In this document: in pieces, positions 1-11,043 of the stretch
Position numbering within the stretch: position 1 is the stretch's first letter
Layout: each line of letters opens with the position of its first letter
Source: Eledone cirrhosa
Lineage: Eukaryota
DNA: 64,000 nucleotides
Direction: 5' to 3'
Assembly: GCA_964016885.1 (NCBI GenBank)
Contig: OZ024740.1
Location: forward strand, 95,852,001-95,916,000
Made by a program: the position numbers and the translations under genes
Notes under the pieces: generated by a model
What the model was told of the DNA's origin: nothing
What the model saw: only the letters and a program-made list of their open reading frames with translations
Database searches by the model: none

Positions 1-3000
1 ATGGAAGCAGGGCCACCTGCTCAACGACCTCAGGTCACTAAACATAGATGTAGTGGCCATCAGCGAGACCAGAATCTCCGAAGCACAGGCTTTCGCACCG
101 ATCTTCGGCGGCTACGATGTGTACGCATCTCCCAGCCGTCCGGGATCGGGGGGAGGAGTTGCTGTGCTTTTTCGGAGAGGTTTGGATCTTGCCATACGGG
201 CCATCTTCCTGGACCCAGAAGGTAAGTTGGTGGTGCTGGACGTGACCAGCGGAGACGGGCAAGCTTTAAGGTTAGTGGCCGTCTATGCCCCGACAGGAGC
301 AGGGCGGACTGATTTCTTCCGGCGTCTGGAGACCTTTCTTGGAACGTCCCGTTCTTTAGTGTTAGTGGGCGACTGGAACGGGATCTTAGATGCACGCTGG
401 GATTGTGTGGGATTAGTGGATAGGGAAGGAGGGTGCAAGAGTCTAACCAACCTGCTCAGACGTTTTGAACTGTCTGACAGGTACCAAATGGATTTCCCGA
501 ATGTACCAATGTGGACTTGGACAAATCGCATAGGGTCATCCAGATCATATCTAGATAGAGTATTTTGTAGGGAAATAGATAGGTCTAGCATAGGCTGTCC
601 CCAATTCAAGATAGTCAGCTACACGGACCACAAATTCGTGATCTGTGTGCTTGACTTAGATAGGCTTCATAGACAAGGACCCGGCTACTGGAAGCTAAAC
701 GCGTCCTTACCAGCGCGCAAGGCCTACAGAGACCGGATTAGCGAACTAGTTAAGCGGGCGTTGACGGGGGCCATCGTCAACAACAAGTGGTGGTTTGCTC
801 TGAAAAGAGCAATTAGAATAGAGTCCATTAGGTTTAGTAAGACTTTAGCAATAGAGAAAAATAGAGCAGAGGGAGAATTAGTTAGAAAATTAGATGAGGC
901 GCTTAGCAAAGGCATCGCGACCGACGTACTTGCGGCGAAATTGGCCCTTGACCAATTCTTCAATGCAAAGCACGAAGGCTGCGTTGTCAGAGCAAAGGTG
1001 CGTGCTCTCAGACACGAGGGGACGAAAGCCGTTCAATGGGCCCGAGTGGCGGAGGCGCGTCGTGGCAACAAAGCCACGATCCGGTCTTTGGTGGACCACG
1101 ACGGGCGCATGCTACTCGATCCCGGGCATATGTGTGAAGCTTTTCAGCGACACTTCGCTCAACTGTTCGGGGGCAGTGGCGGGCCGGATCGAGGGATGGA
1201 CTTTAGTGTCTACTTCGACGGACTGCCGCGGCTTTCGGCCACTGAGGCGGAGTGTTGCGAAAAGCCGATAACAACCGCTGAAGTACGGGATGCAATGACT
1301 AGTTGCACAAGGGGTAAATCGCCTGGTTTGAATGGTCTGCCCTATGAACTTTACGTACAAATGCCAAACTTGTTCGGAGGCCTCTTGGCGGACGTCTACT
1401 GCAACTGGCAACAGAACGGGAGAATTCCCAGCTCTGTGAGCCGAGGAGCGGTGGCGCTGCTGAGAAAATATCCGAACAAGGAGGATAACATAGATAATTT
1501 TAGGCCCATAACTCTGCTAAACACAGAGTTCAAGATTTTCGCCAAGATGCTAGCAAAGAGGTTGGCGCCTGTCGTTGGTGGTCTGGTGGGAGAGGCGCAG
1601 ACATGCGCCATTCCCGACAGATCCATCCACGACAACCTCCACCTCATGCGATACATCGTAGAGAGGGTAGCTAGGGAACCTGGCACGGGTGGGTATTTAA
1701 TCAATTTAGATCAGTCGAAAACCTTCGATAGGGTCGACCATCGCTTCCTAGCGGCAGTCGTGAGGGCGGCTGGCTTTGGGCCCGTCTTCAGAGGCTGGAT
1801 CGCTGCCATGCACAGCGACATCTGCTCTGTAGTGAGAGTGAACGGTCACCTTTCGGAACCGTTCAATATCATGCGCTCGGTCCGCCAAGGATGTCCCCTC
1901 TCGTCCCTATTGTACGTATTGACTCTCGAGCCATTACTGCACAAACTGGAGACGTTGAGGGGGTTCCCGCGCGAACTAGGATGCGGAAGATCCGTGTCAG
2001 CATATGCGGACGATGTCACCGTAGTGGTGTCGAACGCCAAACACATCGAGGCGATCGGAACTACACTAAGAGAATACGAAGCGGTGACAGGAGCAATGAG
2101 CAACCAGGAAAAGTCAGTGGGCCTGCAGCTCGGCACCTGGAGAGGCAGGTCCATGCCGTCCAACAGCGTCGTCGGGCGCTGGACTGACGGACCGCTAAAT
2201 TGCTAGGGGTCTGGTTCGGTCCAGACCTCCAAACGGACAAAAACTGGGACGAGGTGACGAGCAGAGTGTCTTCTCTCACCCAGAAATGGGCCGAGAGGAA
2301 GCTATCCCTGAAAGGTCGAGCGGAGGTGGCGAATGCGTACATCGCATCCGTCATCTACTACCGCCTGACCGTCGTACCTTGTCCTAAGCCCCGCCTGACT
2401 GCGCTGGAGCGTTTGATCTTTCGCTTCTTGTGGAAGGGACGCGCTCCGATGGTCAGGCGGTCCATCTGCTGTCAACACCCGCTACGTGGAGGGCTGGGCG
2501 TGCCGTGGCTGATGATGCGCAGACACGCGCTCAGGCTACGACATCTCCACCTCTTCCTCGACGGTGATCAGGTGTGGTCGCCGTTTGCTAGACACATTTT
2601 TCCCCAGCTCGTCTCCTTGACGGAGCTGCAGTCCTGGGTCAAGCGAAGACCGAGAGGGAGCGCTTGGAGACTGGAATGTCTTCAGGCGCTCACAGCCTTC
2701 GACCAATCGTGCAATGTGATCGGTGGAAACTCCACCTTGGCGATCTATAGGGGATTAGTGGAGGCGAAGAGCGACGACGTACTTGGAGAAACTCTAGGCG
2801 TCGACGAAAATAAACTAGCCAATCTCTTCGGAAGGACTTTCGGGCCGGGGCCTATGGACAACTTCCAGAAATCCCTGGCCTGGCAGTGCTACCGAGGAGC
2901 TTTGCCAGTTCGGGATAAACTCTACAGACATGGAGGTGCCGTCAGCCGGGCATGTCCGAGATGCGCACAGGGCGACGAAACCGTCCTGCACGCACTCGTC

Positions 3001-3613
3001 CAGTGTCCGAGCATTGCTGACTTGTGGGTTTATGTCGAACACCTGCTGTCACGTGTAGGACGGATCCAGCTATCAGCTGAGTCCATCGTTAGGATTGCCC
3101 CGCCCCCTTCCTTTAGCCGGGAAGGGCAGGCAGTTTTTATCTGTCTGGTGGCCATGGCGAAAGAGATAGTATGGTGGACACGTTTGAAAGGGCTGAAGAC
3201 GAGCACTTACCTCTTCGGTGATGCCCTGATTAACTTTTTCAAGTTTCATTTGAAAAGGAAAATCAGGGTAGAGAGGGAAGTGCTCTCTTCCCAGCATTTT
3301 GTTGAAAGATGGGTGAGAGAAGCAAGTATGGCCCGAATGAATGGGCCTTCTCTGAGTATGTGTCTGTAAATTAACGGTGGAAAACTGGTAGAGGGCACTT
3401 GCCCTGGTGGTCAGGGCCACTGTGGTCTTTTAATGGGCTTTCTCCACAAATGTCCCTCGGAAGTCTCCCCCCTATTGGGGAATTTTTCTTTGTTATTTTA
3501 TTTCATCCTCTGTTTTTTTTACACGCAGAAATGCCCATTTGTACCGTCCTGTATTGTCCTGTACTGTCCTTAATGTCTACTTCATGTAAACCCTTGTGGT
3601 TAATAAAGAAAAC
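1..3613 (+). mobile_element. L1/Tx1-clade non-LTR retrotransposon (ORF2 and 3' UTR; 5' part lies outside the window)
   Basis: APE + RT + C-terminal Cys-knuckle ORF2, then a ~240-bp 3' UTR ending in taataaagaaaac, followed by (ATT)n. Confidence 0.9.
2..3369 (+). pseudogene. Tx1/L1 ORF2 (AP endonuclease, reverse transcriptase, zinc knuckle) with a single frameshift near 2195
   Basis: Frame is open from base 2 (WKQGHLLNDLRSLNIDVVAISET). APE motifs VYAP, GDWN, SYLDR, TDH. RT motifs KSPGLNG, NFRPITLLN, DQSKTFDRV, RQGCPLS, YADD. Frame switch at ...DGP/LLGVWF. C-terminal CPRC..ETVLHALVQC. Confidence 0.9.

Positions 3614-3670
<57 letters not shown>
3614..3670. repeat. (ATT/TAA)n microsatellite between the Tx1 3' end and the Dong-A1 3' end
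   Basis: Direct reading of the sequence. Confidence 0.95.
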
Positions 3671-3671
<1 letters not shown>

Positions 3672-6600
3672 CTTGAATCTCAGTCATTGATGTTAGTTAA
3701 CTGGAAAGTCCGTTGGAATGAATATCAAGCCACTACCTGCAGCCTCAGATATACAGGACGTATCGGAGGGTTCTTGCTGTTCCGATCAACCATGCCTTTT
3801 GAAGCGTTCCAAAAGGCGTTAATGGGCCGATTTTCTTTAACAATCCCTGGAAACTTTTGGAGATAGTCCCCAGTGCGCCTATGACAATCGGGATCACTTT
3901 GACTTCATGGCAGTTCCAAATCCTTTTTACCTCCCACTTTAAGTCCTGGTATCGGTTTATGTTCTCCCTCTCCTTCTCTTGCACTCTCGTGTCGAATGGG
4001 CAGGCCACATCCACAATCAGACACGATCTTTTTTCTTTGTCCACAACCACCAGGTCAGGTCTATTGTGTTCCAGTTTCTTGTCCGTCTGTATCCTAAAAT
4101 CCCACAGCAACTTCACCTGATCGTGCTCCATCACCGCCTCTGGCCTATGCTCATACCATTTCTCAGAATGTGGTAAATTGTTTTTCTTTGCACAGGTGCC
4201 AGTGGATCACCCTGCCCATCACATCATGTCTCCAGCCCTTATAGTGGGTCTGGGCTAGGTGTTTACACTCGGATACAATGTGAGCCACATCTCTCTCTCT
4301 CCACAGATCCTGCACGCTGGGCTGGCCTCCTCCTTGTAAATATGGTGTTTCAACCACTTCGTTTTGAGGGCCTGCTCCTGCGCAGCCATTAACATTCCTT
4401 CTGTAGCCTGTTTATGTATCCTCTTCTCAACCAGTTCCATGTCTGTGGATCTCTAAATTCAGTTTTCTCAAAGAAGGTACTATGAAGGGATTTTTCCTGA
4501 AGGCTGCTCTTTCTCCTTGGTGTTATTTCCTCCTTGGACATCCCCTGGCCTATTGTCCCCTCCTTCAGTACAGTTCTGAGCATTGGCTCCTTACTATCAG
4601 TCACGTAATTGTGTAGGTTCTTTTTCTCCATCTGAACACAGTCCTCTATGCTGATAAGACCTCTTCCACCCTCAGATCTCCTAAGGTAGAGTCTATCGAC
4701 ATCACTCCTCTTGTGGAGCATGTTGTAGATAGTCAATAGCTTCCTAGTCTTCCTATCCATTCCTTTTTGTTCAGCAACATTCCATCTCAGAATTCCCGCA
4801 TTGTAGCTAATAATAGACACAGCTCGGGAATTTACTGCGCTTATGGCATTTCTGCTGTTCAGATGTGCCTTCAATACGCTCCTTACTCTCCGAATGTATT
4901 CAGTTCTTAACAATTACTTCATTTTTTTGTTCTTTATGCCATCAGCCTCCAGTACGCCCAAAATACTTGTATCCTTCCTCAGAATCAATTTCCTTTATCA
5001 TCTCACCTGTTGGTATCTGGATTCCGTTACTTCTGCTCAACCTTCCCCTCCTCATCACAATGACTCCACACTTACTAATACCAAACTGCATACATATATC
5101 ACTGCTGAAAATACGGACAGTGTCAACAAGCACATCCAACTCCTTCTCACTCTTCCCGAAGAGCTTAAGATCGTCCATGAAGAGGAGGTGATTGATTGTA
5201 AGCCCTCCCTTTCCCAACCCGTATCCTGCTCTCACTTTTCGCAGTACACTGGTCAGTGGCATCAGGGCAAGGACAAACAACAGAGGGGACAGGCTATCTC
5301 CCTGGAAGATACCTCTCTTGATCTTCACGCTTCCCAAGGATTCTCCAGTTGATGTCAAATCTGTTTCCCAGGACCTCATACTCTTGCCCAACATCTGTCT
5401 GATGTTATCTGCAACCTTGAAGACCTCCAGGATTTTGGTGATCCAAGAATGAGGCACCATGTCAAATGCCTTTCTGTAGTCTATCCATCCCATGGCAAGA
5501 TCAGTGTGTCTCCTCCTGCAATTCCCCATTACCATCTTATCAATAAGTAGCTGGTCTTTTGTACCACGTGTCTTCTTTCGGCATCCTTTCTGTTCGTCCG
5601 GTAATAAGTTGTTTGTGTGGAGATGATGGAAGATTTCCTCAGGCACAATGCTCGTCAACAGTTTCCACATTACGGACAGACATGTGATAGGTCTATAGTT
5701 GGTAACATCATTACCCTTGATTCGGTCTTTCATTATCAGAACTGTGGTACCATTTGTCAACCACTCTGGTAGCTCACCTGACATCAAGCAGTCTTTGAAC
5801 ATGGTTGTCAGTTTCGGGTGGAGGGATGTTATGTTTTTAATCCAATACCCCTGCACACCATCTGGGCCAGGTGATTTCCAGTTGGTTAGCTTTTAGGCCT
5901 GCCCCTTAAGAGTTTCAACTGTGATACTCAAATCAGTTTGTTGTTGTGCCTGTTCACTGATCTCCTTCTGTACTGTCTCAATCCACACTTCCTGGTCATT
6001 ATGTTTAACATCCTGCTCCCATATTCCTCTCCAGAATGTTTTAGTTTGTTCCGCCTCAGGGATCAAGTCGTTGCCTCTTTCTTTCCCTTCAAGCTGTCCA
6101 AACAGCATCTTCTGGTTGTTGTCGAACATGCGGTTCTGTCTATACTGGCTGAGTCTGTTCTCGTATCGCCTGATTTTTGCACTTTTTGCTACAATGCGTT
6201 GCTTCAGTTCCTCTATGATAATATTTGGCCTTTTCCTCCTAGTTTTGTACTTTATTTCCAGTCTATTTTTAGTGTCTATGTTTGTTAGTGTCCCATTCAG
6301 TAGTGACTCAAGCTTTCCAATGTCATTTCTCATTTCCCTGATTTGACCACTCAGTCGTTTCTTCCACCAAGGCTCTGCTCTTTCTTGTCTGTTGTTTCCT
6401 CTCGCTTTTATACCAAGTAGTTTCCTCACCGTATTTGCTGTTGCTTTGAGGATATTGTTGCACTGGTGAAGGCTCTTTGTCTCAAGGGATAGGATGACTT
6501 TGTTTACCTTAGCTGTTGTTTCTTTTAACTTTTTCCTGTCTACAAATCTTAGGTTCATAGGTCTCCCACTATCATTGTTCAATTCATCTACCACTAAATT

Positions 6601-8331
6601 TAGGATGTCAACCGAATCTTGTCCTAGCCCGTCAGTATGCATCTCCTCAGTGGCCGTATCTCTGTTCCAGGTATTATTTATCTCAGTATTCAGTTCATTG
6701 TCTGCTCCGGGTGGTTCCTCCGTTCTCTCAAACTCTTCACCTTCATTTCCCACTGGCTCGCTTGCCTGGCATACTCCACCCTCCATCTCCAAGCTAATCT
6801 CTCTGCTCAGTTCCTCCAGTTTCAGCTCGCTTATCCACCTATTAGTTCTTATTACCCGATCCTGCCCGGCCAATTTTTGTTCATCTAATTTAAATAAACC
6901 AATCTCGTTCCAGATGTTATGCATCTATCCCCTATAGCCCCTCTCCTTGTGATTACTTTTCAGTTAACATTGCATAACAGTTCTATTCAATTCTTTCGTC
7001 CAGTTGGTTCTGGTCCCTTTCCTTCTTCTTCCTCCTCCGACACCAGCAGTATTTGTTTGACAGCCAGGTTCCTGCTGCTGAGCCAGGGAGCACCTGTTGG
7101 GTGAGAGTCCGTCACGTGACGTTCTAGTCTCCATTTCACCGTTATTCGAACTGTTTAGGTTCGATATTTAAACACTCTTATCGAGGATTGGCGAATGTAT
7201 GGTTACATAACCATCTGTGGATTCACCGTCTCCGGTGGTTGCGTCGCTCCACTTGGCTCTTGTGTGGCATTATCACCACGCTGTAGACGAACACAAATAA
7301 ACAAACAAACAAAGAGGCAGAAAAACCCCAAAAATGAATAAGCATAATTTTCATTGTAATGTAGTGTTCGAAAGTCTGACTTAGTTTTTCCCTTCGCTTC
7401 TCTGTCGGTCCGCTTGTTTCTCTCATCATTCTTATTTTCTTTACGTTTTTTTTGTTTTTTTGTTTTTCTCTGTTTGTTTGTTTTTTTGTTGTTGCTGTGC
7501 TGCTTTGGTTTTGATTTTTGTTTCATCTTTTGAGTCTATCTATATATGTTGATGCCTTCCTCTTTTTTAGTAGGAATTCTATAATGTGGTGGCAGTGCTG
7601 TGCTAGCAGCAACTAGCAGGGAGCAATGGGAGAGAATAGCGGCGGTAGCGATACTGAGGCAGTGGTGGTGGTGATGTCGATACTGAGGCAGTGGTGCTGG
7701 TGATGTGATCGTATTACTGTAGTGATGGTGTTGTAGCGGTGGTAGCAATGAAGGAGTGGTGGCGGCGGTGATTGGATAGTGGTAGTAATGATGGATGTCC
7801 GTTCGGTGAATATATGGGGTTAGTCGCGTACATGTGTTGACATAAATTCCCTTAATGTTGGAATTAAACATTTTGTTAAAACTTGGGACAATAATAATAG
7901 TATTTATTATTATCATTATTATGTTGAGATTGGTTGTGGTGGTGGTGAAGTTGCCGTTATCTGGCTGTTGTGTTTAGTGTACACAGAGAGGTGATGGGGT
8001 AGGTCGTATATCTAGTTTCTGGTGTTGGTGAGTTTGGTGTTGTTTGGCTGTTCTATATAGTGTAGACAGAGGGGTTCTTCTTCTTCCATTTATAGCCATT
8101 TTTTTTTTTTTTTTTTTGAATATACAATGTACAATACAAAGTTGAATATTTGAATATTTGAGCCTTATAACAATATATTTGGGGTCCGAATTTTTTTGGG
8201 GCTCAAGCCGGATGCTTTACGTAACATTTGTACTGAGAGTTCTTATTTCACAAAAGATTTAAATATGTTAAAAATTCAAAATTTACGGGAGCTATTTCAT
8301 GATCTTCTACCACCTCCTGCGTCTTCTTCCC
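3671..8331 (-). mobile_element. R4/Dong-clade RLE non-LTR retrotransposon, family A, copy A1 (full length, degenerate)
   Basis: Same 5' terminus (gggaagaagacgc on the - strand) and 3' terminus as copy A3. RT and RLE fragments are split by frameshifts and stops. Confidence 0.9.
3745..7134 (-). pseudogene. Dong-A1 ORF (N-terminal domain, RT, CCHC, RLE endonuclease), multiply frameshifted
   Basis: ORF pieces 5893-6924, 4942-5856 (GIFQGDSLSP, LFMDD), 4389-4913 and 3745-4134 (RPDLV..DVACP..KY..L) are collinear with the A3 protein. Confidence 0.9.
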
Positions 8332-8334
8332 TTA

Positions 8335-8480
8335 TTGAGCAAGTATAAGGACCTGGAGATAGAAATTGGAAAAAATGTGGAAATTGAGAACTAAAACAAT
8401 ACCAGTGGTTGTAGGCGCTCTGGGAATAATACCTAAGGGGTCTAATGATTATTTATCGCAAATCCCAGGAAACCCGCGTA
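8335..8480 (+). mobile_element. Inverted ~145-bp internal fragment of Dong family B (RLE C-terminus)
   Basis: Reads LSKYKDLEIEIG/KMWKLRTKTIPVVVGALGIIPKGSNDYLSQIPGNPR on the + strand and matches the reverse complement of ~18537-18683. Confidence 0.9.
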
Positions 8481-8527
8481 TTATTATTATAATTATTATT
8501 ATTATTATTATTATTGTTATTGTTATT

Positions 8528-10970
8528 CCTTGAATCTCAGTCATTGATGTTGGTTAACTGGAAAGTCCGTTGGATTGAATATCAAGCCACTACCTGCAGC
8601 CTCAGATATTCAGGACGTATCGGAGGGTTCTTGCTGTTCCAAGCAAGCATGCCTTCTGAAGCGTTCCAAAAAGCGTGAAGGAGTCGATTTTCTTTAACCA
8701 TCCCTGGAAACCTTTGGAGATAGTCCCCAGTGCGCCTATGACAATCGGGATCACTTTGACTTCATGGCAGTTCCAAATCCTCTTCACCTCCCACTTTAGG
8801 TCCTGGTATCGGTTAATTTTCTCCCTCTCCTTCTCTTGCACTCTCGTGTCGAACGGGCAGGCCACATCCACAATCAGGCACGATCTTTTTTCTTTGTCCA
8901 TAACCACCAGGTCAGGTCTATTGTGTTCCAGTTTTTTGTCCGTCTGTATCCTAAAATCCCACAGCACCTTCACCTGACTGTTCTCCATCACCGCCTCTGG
9001 CCTATGCTCATACCATTTCTCAGAATGTGGTAGATTGTTTACTTTGCACAGGTGCCAGTGGATCACCCTGCCCATCACATCGTGTCTCCAGCCCTTATAG
9101 TGGGTCTGGGCTAGGTGTTTACACTCGGACACAATGTGAGCCACAGTCTCCTCTCTCTCTCCACAGATCCTGCACAGTGGGCTAGCCTCCTCCTTGTAGA
9201 TATGGTGCTTCAACCACTTCGTTTTGAGGGCCTGCTCCTGCGCAGCCATTAGCATTCCTTCTGTAGCCTTTTTGAGGTCTCCTCTTCTCAACCAGTTCCA
9301 TGTCTGTGGATCTCTAAATTCAGTTTTCTCAAAGAAGGTACTATGAAGGGATTTTCCCTTAAGGCTGCTCTTCCTCCTTGATGTTATTTCCTCCTTGGAC
9401 ATCCCCTGGCCTACTGTCCCCTCCTTCAGTACAGTTCTGAGCATTGGCTCCTTACTATAGGTCACGTATTTGTATAGGTTGTTTTTCTCCATCTGAACAC
9501 AGTCCTCTATGCTGATAAGACCTCTTCCACCCTCAGATCTCCTTAGGTAGAGTCTATCGACATCACTCCTCTTGTGGAACATGTTGTAGATAGTCAATAG
9601 CTTCCTAGTCTTCCTATCCATTTCTTTTTGTTCAGCAACATTCCATCTCAGAATTCCCGCACTGTACCTAATAATAGACACAGCTCGGGAATTTACTGCG
9701 CTTATGGCATTTCTGCTGTTCAGATGTGACTTCAATACGCTCCTTACTCTCCGAATGTATTCAGTTCTTAACAATTCCTTCATTTTTTTGTTCTTTATGC
9801 CATCAGCCTCCAGAACGCCCAAATACTTGTATCCTTCCTCAGAGTCAATTTCCTTTATCATCTCACCTGTTGGTATCTGGATCCCGTTACTTCTGCTCAA
9901 CCTACTCCTCTTCATCACAATGACTCCACATTTACCAATACCAAACTGCATACATATATCACTGCTGAAAATACGGACAGTGTCAACAAACACATCCAAC
10001 TCCTTCTCACTTTTCCCGAAGAGCTTAAGATCGTCCATGAAGAGGAGGTGATTGATGGTAAGCTCTCCCCTTCCCAACTTGTATCCTGCTCTCACTTTTC
10101 GCAGCATAATGGTCAAGGGCATCAGGGCAAGGACAAACAACAGAGGGGACAGGCTATCTCCCTGGAAGATACCTCTCTTGATCTTCACGCTTCCCAAGGA
10201 TACTCCAGTTGATGTCAACTCTGTCTCCCAGGACCCCATACTGCTGCCCAGCAACTGTCTGATGTTATCTGCCACCCTGAAGACCTCCAGGCTTTTAGTG
10301 ATCCAGGAATGAGGCACCATGTCAAATGCCTTTCTGTAGTCTATCCATCCCATGGCAAGATCAGTGTGTCTCCTCCTGCAATTCCCCATTACCATCTTAT
10401 CAATAAGCAACTGGTCCTTTGTACCACGTGACTTCTTTCGGCATCCTTTCTGTTCGTCCGGTAACAAGTTGTTTGTGTGGAGGTGATGGTAGATTTCCTC
10501 AGACACAATGCTCGACAACAGTTTCCACATTACGGGCAGACATGTGATAGGTCTATAGTTGGTAACATCATTACCCTTGATTCGGTCTTTCATTATCAGA
10601 ACTGTGGTACCTTTTGTCAACCACTCTGGCACCTCACCCGACACCAAGCAGTCATTGAACATGGCCGTCAGCTTCGGGTGGAGGGATGTTAAATGTTTAA
10701 TCCAATACCCCTGCACACCATCTGGGCCTGGTGATTTCCAGTTGGTTAGTTTTTTGGCTTGCCCCTTAAGAGTTTCAACTGTGATACTCAAATCAGTCTG
10801 TTGTTGTGCCTTCTCACCGATCTCCATCTGTACTGTCTCAATCCACCCTGCCTGGGCATTGTGTCTAACATCCTGCTCCCATATTCCTCTCCAGAATGTT
10901 TTAGCTTGTTCCACCCCAGGGATCAAGTCGTTGCCTCTTTCTTTCCCCTCAAGCTGTCCAAACAGCATCT
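8528..10970 (-). mobile_element. Dong family A copy A2 (5'-truncated)
   Basis: Near-identical to A3, truncated at aacagcatct and flanked by (TAA)n on both sides. Confidence 0.93.
8602..10968 (-). CDS. Dong-A2 RT-RLE protein, uninterrupted 788-aa C-terminal part
   Basis: KSPGPDG, NYRPITCL, WIDYRKAFD, GIFQGDSLSP, LFMDD, CRIC..ETVAHIVSEC, RHD, NRPDLV..DVACP..KINRYQDL. Confidence 0.9.
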   Translation of the reverse strand: MLFGQLEGKERGNDLIPGVEQAKTFWRGIWEQDVRHNAQAGWIETVQMEIGEKAQQQTDLSITVETLKGQAKKLTNWKSPGPDGVQGYWIKHLTSLHPKLTAMFNDCLVSGEVPEWLTKGTTVLIMKDRIKGNDVTNYRPITCLPVMWKLLSSIVSEEIYHHLHTNNLLPDEQKGCRKKSRGTKDQLLIDKMVMGNCRRRHTDLAMGWIDYRKAFDMVPHSWITKSLEVFRVADNIRQLLGSSMGSWETELTSTGVSLGSVKIKRGIFQGDSLSPLLFVLALMPLTIMLRKVRAGYKLGRGELTINHLLFMDDLKLFGKSEKELDVFVDTVRIFSSDICMQFGIGKCGVIVMKRSRLSRSNGIQIPTGEMIKEIDSEEGYKYLGVLEADGIKNKKMKELLRTEYIRRVRSVLKSHLNSRNAISAVNSRAVSIIRYSAGILRWNVAEQKEMDRKTRKLLTIYNMFHKRSDVDRLYLRRSEGGRGLISIEDCVQMEKNNLYKYVTYSKEPMLRTVLKEGTVGQGMSKEEITSRRKSSLKGKSLHSTFFEKTEFRDPQTWNWLRRGDLKKATEGMLMAAQEQALKTKWLKHHIYKEEASPLCRICGEREETVAHIVSECKHLAQTHYKGWRHDVMGRVIHWHLCKVNNLPHSEKWYEHRPEAVMENSQVKVLWDFRIQTDKKLEHNRPDLVVMDKEKRSCLIVDVACPFDTRVQEKEREKINRYQDLKWEVKRIWNCHEVKVIPIVIGALGTISKGFQGWLKKIDSFTLFGTLQKACLLGTARTLRYVLNI

Positions 10971-10971
10971 A

Positions 10972-11031
<60 letters not shown>

Positions 11032-11043
11032 GTTATTGTTATT
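10971..11043. repeat. (TAA)n spacer/target between A2 and A3
   Basis: Direct reading; ends in the ttgttattgttatt variant also seen at the A2 3' end. Confidence 0.95.

Noticed and set aside
7140-7215. GGCGAAT (HDV ribozyme J4/2-like) near the Dong-A start codon
   Set aside because: It is antisense to the element and I could not build P1-P4.
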